From Candidatus Poribacteria bacterium (GTDB lineage: Bacteria; Poribacteria; WGA-4E; WGA-3G): a stretch of 64,000 nt of DNA. Of the stretch, positions 27,444-38,319 are shown piece after piece. Position numbers and translations under genes: made by a program. The stretch lies in assembly GCA_022821495.1 (NCBI GenBank), contig JAJEDN010000118.1:33945-97944 (forward strand). Reading direction: 5' to 3'. Under the pieces are notes generated by a model. It saw only the letters and a list, made by a program, of their open reading frames with translations, was not told the origin of the DNA and searched no databases. Each line of letters begins with the position of its first letter. Positions within the stretch are counted from its first letter, which is position 1.

Positions 27444-28579
27444 TTTACTAGGCTCGATTGTTTCGGATATCTGGTTAGCACAACTTCACCGGCTGTGAGG
27501 CCCGCCTTAAGGAGTGTCCGGATATAGTCAACATCAGACGCGATTTTGATGACTGTTCCTTCTTTTTCGGGTATAAGCAGAAGCACTTCTCTCCCATCAA
27601 TGCCGGGTTCTATAAGTAGTACATTGCTTTGTGTACTAACCAATACCTGAGATCCTCGGCTTCTTTGTAGGCGAGAAATGGAAGGTGCGAGCTGAGAGAC
27701 GATGCCTATATTTAAAGAGAGTTCAGGTTCCTCTAATAACACGATTGAGTCGCTTTCAAGAAGGGACCACAAGAGTCCAATGAGCCGAAGTACCCCATCC
27801 GAAAATTGGTCTTCGTGCTGGCCTTCTTGATTTGAACACCAGTGGGAATAATATGCCTGTAAATGTGGTCGACCCCCGTTGTCACGAATAAATTCCAGTT
27901 TTTCAAATTGCGGGACTGCAATTTTGAGGGTGTGTTCAATCTTTTTCAGGCGGGACCGGCGAGTGCTTGGGTGTGCAGTCGCGACTCTTTCAAGGAACGC
28001 CTGACCGAAAGGGTCGTCTTCAATAATTTTGCCTTGTATTGAATCCGCGAAACGAATAAGTTGTGGGACCAGATGGAGATAAGTAACACTCCGGAGAAAT
28101 CCTCCAATCTCTCGGAACTTCGCATTGGTAGCGATCTGCTCAAGCGCGGTCTGCGTAAGACGATCTGGGTCCCTGTTGTCGTTTGCATCGGGTCTGTCGA
28201 GAAGTAATTCACCGTCTCTCCAAACGCGTTCATGCGTGAGATAAGTTTGGTGGTGTCCGTGATCTTCATGGTGAAACCCAATACCATATCGCCATGTGGC
28301 GGGAGCATCTGGCGTGTCGGCGATGTGAATTTCGATGGCAACCTCTGGGTCTTGTTCCGCTGACAGACATCGAATTTTGGAAGTGCCGCCTCGGTCACTG
28401 ATTGCTTTTTGGAGTCCACCGCCTTCGGCTTTAGCGATATCGCGGAGAAAGCGAAAGATGTCCAGCAAGTTAGATTTGCCAGAAGCATTTGGGCCGACGA
28501 TAAACTGCCGTTCTCTAAGCGGAACATTAATCTGCTGAAAATTCCGCCAGTTCTTTACGATAAGCCGATTGATAATCAT
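27440..28579 (-). CDS. ABC/SMC-like ATPase (AAA_21-type)
   Basis: KNWRNF, GPNASGKS, FSDG signature, LLEEPE Walker B. Start ATG 28579 is likely. Confidence 0.88.
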   Translation of the reverse strand: MIINRLIVKNWRNFQQINVPLRERQFIVGPNASGKSNLLDIFRFLRDIAKAEGGGLQKAISDRGGTSKIRCLSAEQDPEVAIEIHIADTPDAPATWRYGIGFHHEDHGHHQTYLTHERVWRDGELLLDRPDANDNRDPDRLTQTALEQIATNAKFREIGGFLRSVTYLHLVPQLIRFADSIQGKIIEDDPFGQAFLERVATAHPSTRRSRLKKIEHTLKIAVPQFEKLEFIRDNGGRPHLQAYYSHWCSNQEGQHEDQFSDGVLRLIGLLWSLLESDSIVLLEEPELSLNIGIVSQLAPSISRLQRSRGSQVLVSTQSNVLLIEPGIDGREVLLLIPEKEGTVIKIASDVDYIRTLLKAGLTAGEVVLTRYPKQSSLVK

Positions 28580-28715
28580 AATAGCAAGTTTCCCCACAAT
28601 AGATAGTTCTGCAAATGTGATATGAAAATGATAACACATCTAAGGCAGGGAATCAAACCAAAATGGGCAGTCATATCCACTCTTTGCAAAGAGGCGAGAT
28701 ACTGTTAGTAAGGTT

Positions 28716-30827
28716 TTAAGCGTCTATGAAGGGTTTTAGATCCCACAACAGGATTGTGCAATCGTGACTCCCACTTGCGAGAAGCGTGTTGTCTGGCGAA
28801 AAGGCGAGTGACTGTACGTCCGTTGGATGTCCCCAAAAGGTCGTGATCTCTTCACCGGTAGCAACGTCCCATAAACGGATTGCCATTTTCTCCATTCCTT
28901 CCTCCCTCCGCCACCAAGTCCCGGATGCGAGATACTTACCACACGGTGAAAACGCGAGGGCGTACGGTTTCTGTGTCTGTGGCTGCGGTATCTCCAAAAG
29001 GGTTGTCAGCGTTTCGGCACACCATAAATGGAGTCCGCCGAACATGGCTGTAGCAATTATGCTGCCACACGGTGAAAATGCTACCCCCATAAGCGTCCGA
29101 GAATCATCTAAGGGAAATGTTCCAATTTGCTCACCCGACGCAGTATCCCACAATTTGGAGGTTTTATCGCTTGAACTACTGACCAGTCGCTTGCCATCCG
29201 GTGAAAAAGACACCGACCAGATGAAATCTGTATGCCCTATGAGCGGTTTCAACCTCTCCTGACAATTGAAATCGTATAGATAGATTGTACCTTCTCTACT
29301 TCCGACTGCAAGTCGATCACCTGTCGGTGCAAATGCGGTTTTCCATATCAAATGGGCCTGTTCGGCTTCAGTAAATTCAGCAATCGGTTCACCAGATTTC
29401 TCAGCATCCCACACCGTGACATTTTCGTCCTGTATACTTGCAGCCAACATGTTTCCGCAAGGCAAAACAGTAAAAGAGGAGATACGCTTATCCGCCAGTA
29501 ATGTTTTCTGTGCCTGCTTACGTTCAACATCCCATAACACAACTCCCATGCGATAGCCCTTTGTAGCAAGGGTTGCGCCATCTGGTAAAAACAGTACCGG
29601 ATCTGGATAACAAACAAACTCACGAAGCGTTAAAGATGTATGTCCATCGCCGATCTCAGTTTTTTTGTCGGCAATAGCCCGTTGCGGAAATTTTTTAAAC
29701 CAATTAGCATACACACTCAGCGGGTGCGATTCGAGCGTGTGTAGTTTTTCGCGGTGCTCCATATTCCAAATCTCAATCGTATCTTCCCGATCAACAGCAG
29801 CAAGTAGCACACCTTCTGGCGAGTAGAATGGCTCTTTCGAGAATTTACCTGAGTCTGTATAAACCATCTTTTCTACCCCGTTTCGGAGTTCCCATACACG
29901 CAGTATTTTTTCTTCACCATCTTCACCGCTTGATGCAGACGATGCTAAGAATAGACCACATGGTGAGAAAACAATACGATGTCCCCATTTGCTATGTTCT
30001 GTGAGGTAAGCGAAGCGTTCCCCGGTCGCGATTTCCCATACAGAGATAAAATTGTAAACACTATCGGCAGCCTCAGTTTTGCTTAAGGTTTCATCAGGAC
30101 ACGCACCCGCTATCAGACGACTGTCCGGAGAAAAGATAAAATTCCTACCGGCAAACTTGACGATTGCCTCACCTGTCTCTGGATGCCATACGTACGTTTG
30201 TGTTCCTTCTGTATTAGGATTAATGAGTTTACGTTCACCATCGCGGAACGAATAAACTTTAGGGTTGTTCACTGTAGCAGCGAGGAGCTTGCTGTCCGGC
30301 GAAAACTCAAGATGGGCAACATCGTTCGATTCTGTATCACGTTTCCCTCGATCCATTCGTGCGATGCACACGCCTTGATGAACATCCAATACTTCAACAT
30401 TGCCATCCCGATTCGCTATAGCGATCCATTTGTGATCTGGAGAAAAGACAACATGCGCATAGATATTTTGCGCTTCCGTCCGATCCATCCGTGCGATGCA
30501 CTCACCACTCTGAACATCCATTACCTTGAGAACACCATCCCAATTGGCGATAGCGATCCACTCACCGTCGGGTGAAAAATCAGCACTGGCGATCAACCCT
30601 CGCTCCGTTTCCCATAACGCAATAGGAAGCTTTGACGACATCTCATACCACCAGAGTCCTATACGGGTTTGAGCGGCGAAATACACACCGCCGGGTGGAA
30701 GTGCCAGTTTCGGACCCCGGGCAATTCCTTTCCCCAGTCGGGCAATCGCGCCTTCTGGTAGTGCCCATGTGGTTCCTTCGAGGTCTCCTGATACTACATT
30801 GAACGGTGCTGGCCTACGACTTTGCAT
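28716..30827 (-). CDS. WD40-repeat protein
   Basis: Repeats such as GH...V.SLAFSPD...LASGS.D.TI.LWD; N-terminal WALPEGAIARLGKG. Confidence 0.93.
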   Translation of the reverse strand: MQSRRPAPFNVVSGDLEGTTWALPEGAIARLGKGIARGPKLALPPGGVYFAAQTRIGLWWYEMSSKLPIALWETERGLIASADFSPDGEWIAIANWDGVLKVMDVQSGECIARMDRTEAQNIYAHVVFSPDHKWIAIANRDGNVEVLDVHQGVCIARMDRGKRDTESNDVAHLEFSPDSKLLAATVNNPKVYSFRDGERKLINPNTEGTQTYVWHPETGEAIVKFAGRNFIFSPDSRLIAGACPDETLSKTEAADSVYNFISVWEIATGERFAYLTEHSKWGHRIVFSPCGLFLASSASSGEDGEEKILRVWELRNGVEKMVYTDSGKFSKEPFYSPEGVLLAAVDREDTIEIWNMEHREKLHTLESHPLSVYANWFKKFPQRAIADKKTEIGDGHTSLTLREFVCYPDPVLFLPDGATLATKGYRMGVVLWDVERKQAQKTLLADKRISSFTVLPCGNMLAASIQDENVTVWDAEKSGEPIAEFTEAEQAHLIWKTAFAPTGDRLAVGSREGTIYLYDFNCQERLKPLIGHTDFIWSVSFSPDGKRLVSSSSDKTSKLWDTASGEQIGTFPLDDSRTLMGVAFSPCGSIIATAMFGGLHLWCAETLTTLLEIPQPQTQKPYALAFSPCGKYLASGTWWRREEGMEKMAIRLWDVATGEEITTFWGHPTDVQSLAFSPDNTLLASGSHDCTILLWDLKPFIDA

Positions 30828-30870
30828 GATATTCACTCCTTAACGGGTTTGGCATTCAATGTTCCACGTT

Positions 30871-32937
30871 TTAAGAACCGATAAATGATTTGACCTCCCA
30901 CAGCAGGATAGTGCCGTCAAAACTACCACTCGCCAGCAGTGTACCATCCGGTGAAAACGCGAGTGATTGCACGTCCGTTGTATGCCCCCAGAAGGTATGG
31001 ATATTCTCGCCGGTGGCAACGTCCCATAAACGGATTGCCATCTTCTCCATCCCTTTCTGCCACCATGTGCCGGAGGCGAGATATTTTCCACAAGGCGAAA
31101 AAGCAAGTGCGTACGGATCCTCTGTCTGTGACTGTGGTATTACAAAAAGCGTTGTCAGCGTTTCAGCATGCCACAACCGGAGCTCGCCGATCATTCCTGT
31201 AGCAATAACGCTGCCACACGGAGAAAACGCTACCCCCGTAAGTGTTCGAGGTTCATCTAATGGAAATGTCCCAATTTGTTCACCCGATTCAACATTCCAG
31301 AGCCGAACAGTTTTATCGCTTGCCCCACTCGCAACACTCGCAAGTCGTTTGCCATCCGGTGAAAACGCCAACGACCAGACGTGTTCCGTATGTCCCATAA
31401 GTGATTTCGGTTTTTGGTTGCGCTCAAGGTCCCATAGATAAAGTATGCCACCTTTACCGCCAAAGGCAACCTGATAATCTGAAACTGTAAAAACATGTCG
31501 TCCTAACTCCACGGGAGACGTGAACTCAGCAATTGAGACCGTTTCTGTTTCACTAATGCGCCACATTTTGAAGGCATTGCGATTTCTGCTGACAGCTAAT
31601 ATATCTCCACAAGGTAAAAAATCCAAAGCATCAAAAACAGTAAAAAGTTTATCATGGATTAATATGTCACGCGCCTGCTTACGTTCAACATCCCATAGCA
31701 CAAGACCTTTTAGGGCCCTCCCACTGGCAAGTATCTCTCCATTAGGAGAAAATACTGCCGGATATAAATAACACAGAGGCTCATGAAGCGTTGGGAAGGT
31801 GTGTTTTTCGTCAATCGTCTTCGGTTCACCAGACCGGAAATGGGCAATAGGCAGCTTCGGGCATTCTGAAAACCATTGATCACCCATACTTTCAGGTTGT
31901 CGTTCATAAGCCCATAGTTTTCGACGCTGTTGGACGTTCCATACCTCAATAGTCTCACTCATAAACACAGTTGCAAGTAGCGTCCCGTCTGGCAAATAAA
32001 AAGGTTCTACCCGAGCCCAGTCATAATCTGCATAAATTTCTTTCACTAAACTCTCTGTGAGATCCCATACGTGTAGTTTACTGTTTCTATCACTTGAGGC
32101 AAGGAACTGACCGCACGGTGAAAATGTGATAGTCCTGAGTATATTGCTATGCCCCGTGAAATGAGCGATGTGCTCGCCTGTCGTTATATCCCACACTGAC
32201 ATGTTGCTGGCAGCGCGAGGCGGAGTCGTATGAGGAATTGTATACGGATTCTCACACGCCAGCAGGCGGCTGTCTGGAGAAAATGCAAAATTTATGCCTA
32301 TAAATTTGGCGATTGACCCACCCGTCCTCGAATCCCAGATGTAAGTTTGCTTTCCTATTGTAGCAGCGACATACCGCGCATCAGGCGAAAATCTGAGTTG
32401 GGGAATATAGTTTGATTGTCCTTCATGCGATTCCGGTTCCAGCCGCGCGATGCACACACCGTTTTGAACATCCAATACCTCAATAGTACCCACCTGACTC
32501 GCAGTAGCAATCCTCGCGGTGGCAATCCATTTACTGTCAGGAGAAAAAGCAACGTGTTTATAGATACTATGCTCCTCTGACGGCTTCATCTGAGCGACAC
32601 ACGCACCGCTTTGAATATCCAGCATCTTAATAACGCCATCCCAATTCGCGGTGGCAATCCACTTATCATCCGGCGAAAAATCGACAGCCGAGATCATCCC
32701 TCGCTCTGTTTCCCACAAAGCGATGAGAGACATGGAGGATACATCATACCACCAGAGCCCTACACACGTTCCAACAACAAAATACGCACCATCGGAAGAA
32801 AGTGCTATATCGCTATCGTTTCGATAAGATTGAAATCCTTTCCCCAATCGGGCGATTGCGCCTTCTGGTAGTGCCCATGTTGTTCCTATGGTGTCTTTTG
32901 GAACTACATTCAGTGATGCTGGTCTTCGGTTTTGCAT
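30871..32937 (-). CDS. WD40-repeat protein (paralog of the adjacent gene)
   Basis: Same architecture, with shared blocks such as LASGTWW..GMEKMAIRLWDVATGE. Confidence 0.93.
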   Translation of the reverse strand: MQNRRPASLNVVPKDTIGTTWALPEGAIARLGKGFQSYRNDSDIALSSDGAYFVVGTCVGLWWYDVSSMSLIALWETERGMISAVDFSPDDKWIATANWDGVIKMLDIQSGACVAQMKPSEEHSIYKHVAFSPDSKWIATARIATASQVGTIEVLDVQNGVCIARLEPESHEGQSNYIPQLRFSPDARYVAATIGKQTYIWDSRTGGSIAKFIGINFAFSPDSRLLACENPYTIPHTTPPRAASNMSVWDITTGEHIAHFTGHSNILRTITFSPCGQFLASSDRNSKLHVWDLTESLVKEIYADYDWARVEPFYLPDGTLLATVFMSETIEVWNVQQRRKLWAYERQPESMGDQWFSECPKLPIAHFRSGEPKTIDEKHTFPTLHEPLCYLYPAVFSPNGEILASGRALKGLVLWDVERKQARDILIHDKLFTVFDALDFLPCGDILAVSRNRNAFKMWRISETETVSIAEFTSPVELGRHVFTVSDYQVAFGGKGGILYLWDLERNQKPKSLMGHTEHVWSLAFSPDGKRLASVASGASDKTVRLWNVESGEQIGTFPLDEPRTLTGVAFSPCGSVIATGMIGELRLWHAETLTTLFVIPQSQTEDPYALAFSPCGKYLASGTWWQKGMEKMAIRLWDVATGENIHTFWGHTTDVQSLAFSPDGTLLASGSFDGTILLWEVKSFIGS

Positions 32938-33004
32938 TGTATTAACCTCTTTTATGTTTTATGGGATGCGCTGAGGCATGGAGACCTCGCGCTCCAGTGT
33001 ATTT

Positions 33005-33262
33005 TAACCCGACTTGCTACGTATCAGGACTTACGCACTTTTCTATGATAACCTCTATATTACGTACTGCTGGCGGGGTTTCAAACCCCGCCAGCAAGTG
33101 GGGATGCGTAAGTCCTACCTATGTAATTTTAGACGCACGAATACCGTTTTTCAGTGAAAAGCGGTCATTTTTGCGAAAAACTTGGCGTGTTTCCTGTCAT
33201 TTTCGGAGAACCCGAAGATGCACAGGCTAACAGCCTATGCTACAAAGTGGCAACTTGGGTTA
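33005..33262. mobile_element. Nested MITE-like elements
   Basis: Outer imperfect IRs at 33005-33020 and 33247-33262. Inner IRs AGGACTTACGCA/TGCGTAAGTCCT span 33026-33116. Innermost palindrome CTGGCGGGGTTTCAAACCCCGCCAG. Confidence 0.65.
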
Positions 33263-33274
33263 TTTTAGTGTATT

Positions 33275-34513
33275 TTAAAGTGCTGCGCGGGTTATGAAGG
33301 TTGCGTAGATAGCGGAGGTTCTGACGAGATCGGGAATATTGACGCGTTCATTGATGGCATGTCCACCTTCACCACTGGGTCCATATCCGATGCCGGGTAA
33401 GCCTGAATTGACGAAATAGTGTAAGTCTGTAAAACCGGTGGTGCCTTTAAATCGGGGTTGATTGAAACGGACGACACGCACCGCATCGGCGAACGCCTGT
33501 GCTATCGGTGAAGCGGTATCTGTTAAACACGGTTCAATCCGCAAGATCGCGCGGGCTTCTGCCACCAGATCGGGATAGTATTGGCACGCCCCAGAGATCG
33601 CTTCACGCAATTCCAATTCAGCGAACTCAAGCTCCTCGTTCGGTGTAATCCGTCGGTCAATTGAGAACGTCACGCTTGCTGGAACAGTGTTGACTTTGTC
33701 GCCGTCGGTGCCTCGGAACGTTCCGCCGATGTTCAATGTCGGATAGCGATCGCTGCCATCGGGGAGTTTAAATGCGCGTTCGGGTGATTTCAAATTTCGT
33801 TTAACCCGTTGGAGTGCGGTTACGAGTTCAGCGGTTTTTTCAAATGCGTTTATTCCCTTATCCGGCTGTGCCCCGTGTGCTGCTTTACCTTTAACCTCAA
33901 TGTCCAACCAGAGTACGCCGTTATGTCCGTTGCCGATGTTCATCTCCGCGCCACCTTCACAGTTGACGACGTAGTCCGCATTAACCAAACCTTTCTCGAC
34001 AATATACCCTGCGCCCAACTCGCCACCGGTCTCTTCGTCGCAAGTGAATGAGCATTCAACGTTGAACTTCGGTTCGATGCCGGTTTCTTGGACAGCCTCG
34101 ATTGCAAATAGGAGCGCAGCGATGGCATCCTTCATGTCGTCGGCACCGCGTCCATAAAGCCACTCCCCCTCAATCTCACCACTGAATGGATTGCCGAACC
34201 GCCACTCCCCTGCAACGGGTACGACATCGTAGTGTGCATTGAAATGCACCGTCTTCTCTGCGCCGACATCCCAACGCGCGATGAGGTTTAGCCGTGGATG
34301 GCTATCCGCATTTGAGATAATCTGCTCAGCACGCCGTTTTGGGACTTTGGCAATCCGTGTCCGCATGCCCAACGCCTTGCACTTCGCCGCAAGTAGTCCA
34401 ACAATCTCGGCATAATTCTCACCCGGTGGATTGACCGTAGGAATCCTGACGAGTTCCTGTAGCAAGGCACAAAGTGCGGTTTGATTGTCCTTGATATAGG
34501 CTTGAACGGACAT
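33275..34513 (-). CDS. M20 family metallopeptidase (ArgE/DapE-like deacylase)
   Basis: NAHYDVVP, YGRGADDMK, DEETGG, GKAAHG, GYGP...H..NE. Confidence 0.92.
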   Translation of the reverse strand: MSVQAYIKDNQTALCALLQELVRIPTVNPPGENYAEIVGLLAAKCKALGMRTRIAKVPKRRAEQIISNADSHPRLNLIARWDVGAEKTVHFNAHYDVVPVAGEWRFGNPFSGEIEGEWLYGRGADDMKDAIAALLFAIEAVQETGIEPKFNVECSFTCDEETGGELGAGYIVEKGLVNADYVVNCEGGAEMNIGNGHNGVLWLDIEVKGKAAHGAQPDKGINAFEKTAELVTALQRVKRNLKSPERAFKLPDGSDRYPTLNIGGTFRGTDGDKVNTVPASVTFSIDRRITPNEELEFAELELREAISGACQYYPDLVAEARAILRIEPCLTDTASPIAQAFADAVRVVRFNQPRFKGTTGFTDLHYFVNSGLPGIGYGPSGEGGHAINERVNIPDLVRTSAIYATFITRAAL

Positions 34514-34533
34514 TTTAGGCTCCTCAGTCGTTG

Positions 34534-34947
34534 TTAGGTAACGACTGCCTGATCTCCAGCGGACAAATGTCCGACTGTTTCACCGGTTTCCGTGAAGGTG
34601 CGAGTCACGGAGACAGAGGCATACGTCCACAAGATTTTCATGGGCGCATTGCTATCATTCCAAAACCTGTGTGGGATGCCAGCAGGGACGAATGTCGTAT
34701 CGTAGGCTTTCATGGTAAAGACTTCGCCATCAACCTCACAGGAGGCTTCGCCTTCAAGAATTGTAACGGATTCATCACAGTTGTGATAGTGGCGCGCGAT
34801 CGCTGCACCGGGTTCAAACATCGTCACCCCGTTGGTGAGCGAAGTAGAGTCGATCCATTTACCGGCTAACGGGACAGTTTTTACACCGGTGCCTCGGTCG
34901 ATAGGGTCTTGTTTTCCAAAATTGATTACGTGTGCTTTCTCACTCAT
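34534..34947 (-). CDS. Cupin domain protein
   Basis: HYHNCDESVTILEG...FVPAGIPHRFWN. Start ATG 34947. Confidence 0.9.
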   Translation of the reverse strand: MSEKAHVINFGKQDPIDRGTGVKTVPLAGKWIDSTSLTNGVTMFEPGAAIARHYHNCDESVTILEGEASCEVDGEVFTMKAYDTTFVPAGIPHRFWNDSNAPMKILWTYASVSVTRTFTETGETVGHLSAGDQAVVT

Positions 34948-35006
34948 GTCTAATTCGTCGCCTTTCGTTAAGATTTGACGCAGTATAGCACGAAAATGGA
35001 AAAAAA

Positions 35007-36167
35007 TCAAAGAATAACTGCTGCGAATCCAGCGATCGCCTGTTGTATCTCTGCCTCGGTGTGTGTTGCCATGACAGTAAGCCTTAAACGACTCGTGTCT
35101 GGCGGCACTGCGGGTGGACGGATCGCTGGTGCGAACACGCCTTCAGCGAACAATGCATCCGCAATATTTGTTGCCCGTTGTGGACTGCCTAATACGACTG
35201 GCAAAATCTGTGTTTCACTGGGTAATAAGGTATACCCTAAATTGATCAACGCTGTTTTGAGCTGCGCCGCGTGCGAGAATAGGCGTTGCCGTAATTCAGG
35301 TGAAGAACGTATCACATCAAGGGCAGTATTCGCTGCTGCTAAGGTCGCAGGTGGTAATCCTGTTGTAAAGATAAAACCGCGCGCCTTGTTAATGAGCAGT
35401 TCAACCAAGGCGCGACTTCCGGCAATATACCCGCCGAGTGCCCCAACAGCCTTGCTGAGCGTCCCCATCTGAATGATATTTGTCCCTTCCAGTCCGAAAT
35501 GTGCGACAGTACCGCTCCCGTCTTTTCCTAATACGCCAAACCCGTGTGCGTCATCTACGAGTAACATCGCTTCGTAGTGTGTAGCGACCTCGTAGATATC
35601 GGGTAGCGGTGCGATATCGCCGTCCATGCTGAAAACGCCGTCCGTCACGATGAGTCGCCGCCGAAACGCTGTGGATTCTGAAAGTAAAGATGCCAGGTGT
35701 TCTACATCACAGTGCCGATAGACTTTCTTGGTGGCGCGACTGAGGCGGCATCCGTCTATGATGCTGGCGTGGTTGAGCGCATCGCTTAAAATGAGATCCC
35801 CCTCACTTGCGAGGATCGGAATAATGCTCGTATTGGCAGCATACCCTGAACTGAAGACGAGCGCGGCTTCGGTGTGCTTCGTTTTTGCGAGGTTGGCTTC
35901 TAATGTTGTATAGAGTTCGCTGTTTCCAGAGATAAGACGTGAGCCGCTCGCGCCTGTACCAAAATTCAGCGTCGCCTCAACAGCAGCGGCGATTACCTGC
36001 GGATGCGTGCTTAAGCCCAAATAGTTGTTTGAACCGAGCAGCACAACGTCGCGCCCATCAAGATTGACTGTTCCTATTGGCGCGCTCATGACGGTTCGGA
36101 GGTGGCGGCGTAAGCCTGCTTGTTGCAATGCTGCAAACTCCGCGTCTAACCAGTCGTGGTTATCCAT
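35007..36167 (-). CDS. bioF: 8-amino-7-oxononanoate synthase
   Basis: [42 protein letters not shown] (PLP Lys), IRPPAVP. Confidence 0.9.
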   Translation of the reverse strand: MDNHDWLDAEFAALQQAGLRRHLRTVMSAPIGTVNLDGRDVVLLGSNNYLGLSTHPQVIAAAVEATLNFGTGASGSRLISGNSELYTTLEANLAKTKHTEAALVFSSGYAANTSIIPILASEGDLILSDALNHASIIDGCRLSRATKKVYRHCDVEHLASLLSESTAFRRRLIVTDGVFSMDGDIAPLPDIYEVATHYEAMLLVDDAHGFGVLGKDGSGTVAHFGLEGTNIIQMGTLSKAVGALGGYIAGSRALVELLINKARGFIFTTGLPPATLAAANTALDVIRSSPELRQRLFSHAAQLKTALINLGYTLLPSETQILPVVLGSPQRATNIADALFAEGVFAPAIRPPAVPPDTSRLRLTVMATHTEAEIQQAIAGFAAVIL

Positions 36168-36187
36168 CAAAAAACGTTCACTCCCTC

Positions 36188-37102
36188 TCACCCCATGAAC
36201 TGTCTCAGGAAAATATGGCTCTGTCGCAAAGCGCGTTGCCGCAGCGCTAATGTCTCTTCATAAGCCCGATCCTCCACCTCAACACAAACCGCGCCTTGGT
36301 AGCCGGTATCGCTCAAGACAGAGAAGAAACTTCCCCAATCGACATCGCCAAGTCCCGGCAGTTTCGGTGTATGATACGCCAACGGTGTTGCGAGGATACC
36401 GACTTCATCAAGTTTTGCTCTGTCTAACCGGACATCCTTTGCATGCACATGAAAGATTCGATCGGCGAAAGTAACAAGCGGTTTCAGGTAATCCATCTGA
36501 AGCCATATAAAGTGGGACGGGTCGAAGTTGAGTCCGAAATTCGGGGACGGGATCTCTTCAAACATCCGTTCCCAAACTGCGGGACAATAGGCGAGGTTTT
36601 GACCAGCGGGCCATTCGTCTTCAGTGAAAAACATCGGGCAATTCTCAATACCAATACGGATGCCGTGATCGGCGGCGAATTGAATGAGCGGCTTCCATAC
36701 CTGCTTAAAACGGTGCCAATTCTCGTCTATCGTTCGCGTCTGATCTCTACCGATGAACGTGTTCACGATGCCCACCGACAGACGTTCTGCTGCCAGAACC
36801 AGTTTCTTAAGGTGTTCACTATAGATAGCCGCTTCGGTTTCGTCAGGTGTCAGTGGGTTCGGGTAGTAACCTAAGCCGCTGATTGTGATCCCTGCATCCG
36901 AGACACATTGTAGGATTTTATCTGCTTCCGTTTCGGAAAGCGTCGCGACATCAACATGTGTGACACCGGCATAACGCCGTTCCGCTTTCCCTTTGGGCCA
37001 GCACATCAATTCGACGCAATCGAAGCCTGTATCAGCAGCGAATTCGACGACTTCTGTTAAGGACTGTTCCGGTAAAATTGCGCTCACAAATCCGAGTTTC
37101 AT
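36188..37102 (-). CDS. Sugar phosphate isomerase/epimerase (xylose isomerase-like TIM barrel)
   Basis: [31 protein letters not shown]. Confidence 0.9.
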   Translation of the reverse strand: MKLGFVSAILPEQSLTEVVEFAADTGFDCVELMCWPKGKAERRYAGVTHVDVATLSETEADKILQCVSDAGITISGLGYYPNPLTPDETEAAIYSEHLKKLVLAAERLSVGIVNTFIGRDQTRTIDENWHRFKQVWKPLIQFAADHGIRIGIENCPMFFTEDEWPAGQNLAYCPAVWERMFEEIPSPNFGLNFDPSHFIWLQMDYLKPLVTFADRIFHVHAKDVRLDRAKLDEVGILATPLAYHTPKLPGLGDVDWGSFFSVLSDTGYQGAVCVEVEDRAYEETLALRQRALRQSHIFLRQFMG

Positions 37103-37163
37103 TATCCAACCTCTGTTTCGTTTTTAGATATTTTATGATAGAATCCAAGTGTATCTGATGCAG

Positions 37164-37192
37164 TTGACAAAAAAACACCTTTATTTTATACT
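37164..37192 (+). promoter_or_regulatory. sigma70-type promoter (rightward)
   Basis: TTGACA-N17-TATACT. Confidence 0.65.
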
Positions 37193-37249
37193 TTAGTTGC
37201 CATTTAAGCAACATACAGATAATCACACGTATATTCAACTCAACAGCCA

Positions 37250-37278
37250 AATATACGATATTTCAAGGTACCTGTCAA
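37250..37278 (-). promoter_or_regulatory. sigma70-type promoter (leftward)
   Basis: Minus strand TTGACA-N17-TATATT. Confidence 0.65.
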
Positions 37279-37376
37279 GTATTTTTGGTTAATCACACTC
37301 GATAGCAGAGGTTTGAAACTGCTTTTACTCGGTCTGGCGAAACCGGATGAAAATATTGACAAGATCTCGTATTCTT

Positions 37377-37533
37377 TAGGACTTACGCAGACAGGCGATA
37401 AATCGCCTCACTACAAACGGATGGACCTTGGAAATACGCGTGTTCCTCAAAAGCAAACTGGTTCGTAGTAGCGCAATTCTGCGGCGTACTCGCCCAAATG
37501 CGAAGTGCATTATTGCGCTTTGCGTAAGTCCTA
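37377..37533. mobile_element. MITE-like element with 13-bp terminal inverted repeats
   Basis: TAGGACTTACGCA...TGCGTAAGTCCTA, a perfect IR with TA termini. Confidence 0.7.
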
Positions 37534-37626
37534 TTCTTATCACTTGGGTGGGGTTTCAAATCCCATCAACAAAGACGAAAAAAGGCAAAACTGATTCACA
37601 ACCAGAATATAGGAGGAGGCATAACA

Positions 37627-38319
37627 ATGCTTCAGAAATGTCAATTAACGCTCAGCTTAGCCCTCTGTCTGCTGCTGATGCAGCCGTTTACAGGCTTTGC
37701 CGTGGAAGAGTTTAAAGTCTCTGAATACGGAGATGGCGAACAGATTTGGTTCGAGGCGGAAGCCTTTGATGATAGGGATTCCGAGGATGTCTATAAATTA
37801 GGTAAAGGTGAAGGTGCTGTAGATCCTGCCGACGGTGCCTTTGGAGATATTGTCACGAATGCCGGTGGTCAAGGCTGGATACTTTATAGGTTCGACATCA
37901 GTCGTGCGGGCGGAAAAGCCGGTGAATGGCGTTTTATCGGACGGCTCATTAATCCGAGCAACCACTCAGACTGGTTGTGGGTTCTCGGGGACGATGGCAA
38001 TAAGATCCCAGATGTGGCACCTGCCTTTGTGCGTCCTGACGATATTATCTTTGAGGAAAACGTCCCCGAATGGGCATGGATGCGGACCGGTGATTTTGGA
38101 CAGGATGGTGGCACGGTTAATGAATTGCAAGACGGTGAAAACGTTATGATGATTTGGACGCGGCAGAGCTCACTTCAGGTTCAATACGATGTTTTCTGCT
38201 GGTCAAGTGATCTGGAATATGAACCGACAGATGAAGACTACGAAAAAGCAGAAGAGAAAACGTTGCCGGTAGAACCTGATGGGTTACTCACAACGACATG
38301 GGGTCGGCTCAAGCGGTAG
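37627..38319 (+). CDS. Secreted protein with Poribacteria-type C-terminal TTWG motif
   Basis: Signal peptide; IWFEAE carbohydrate-binding-like start; C-terminus PVEPDGLLTTTWGRLKR; AGGAGG RBS. Confidence 0.75.
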   Translation: MLQKCQLTLSLALCLLLMQPFTGFAVEEFKVSEYGDGEQIWFEAEAFDDRDSEDVYKLGKGEGAVDPADGAFGDIVTNAGGQGWILYRFDISRAGGKAGEWRFIGRLINPSNHSDWLWVLGDDGNKIPDVAPAFVRPDDIIFEENVPEWAWMRTGDFGQDGGTVNELQDGENVMMIWTRQSSLQVQYDVFCWSSDLEYEPTDEDYEKAEEKTLPVEPDGLLTTTWGRLKR

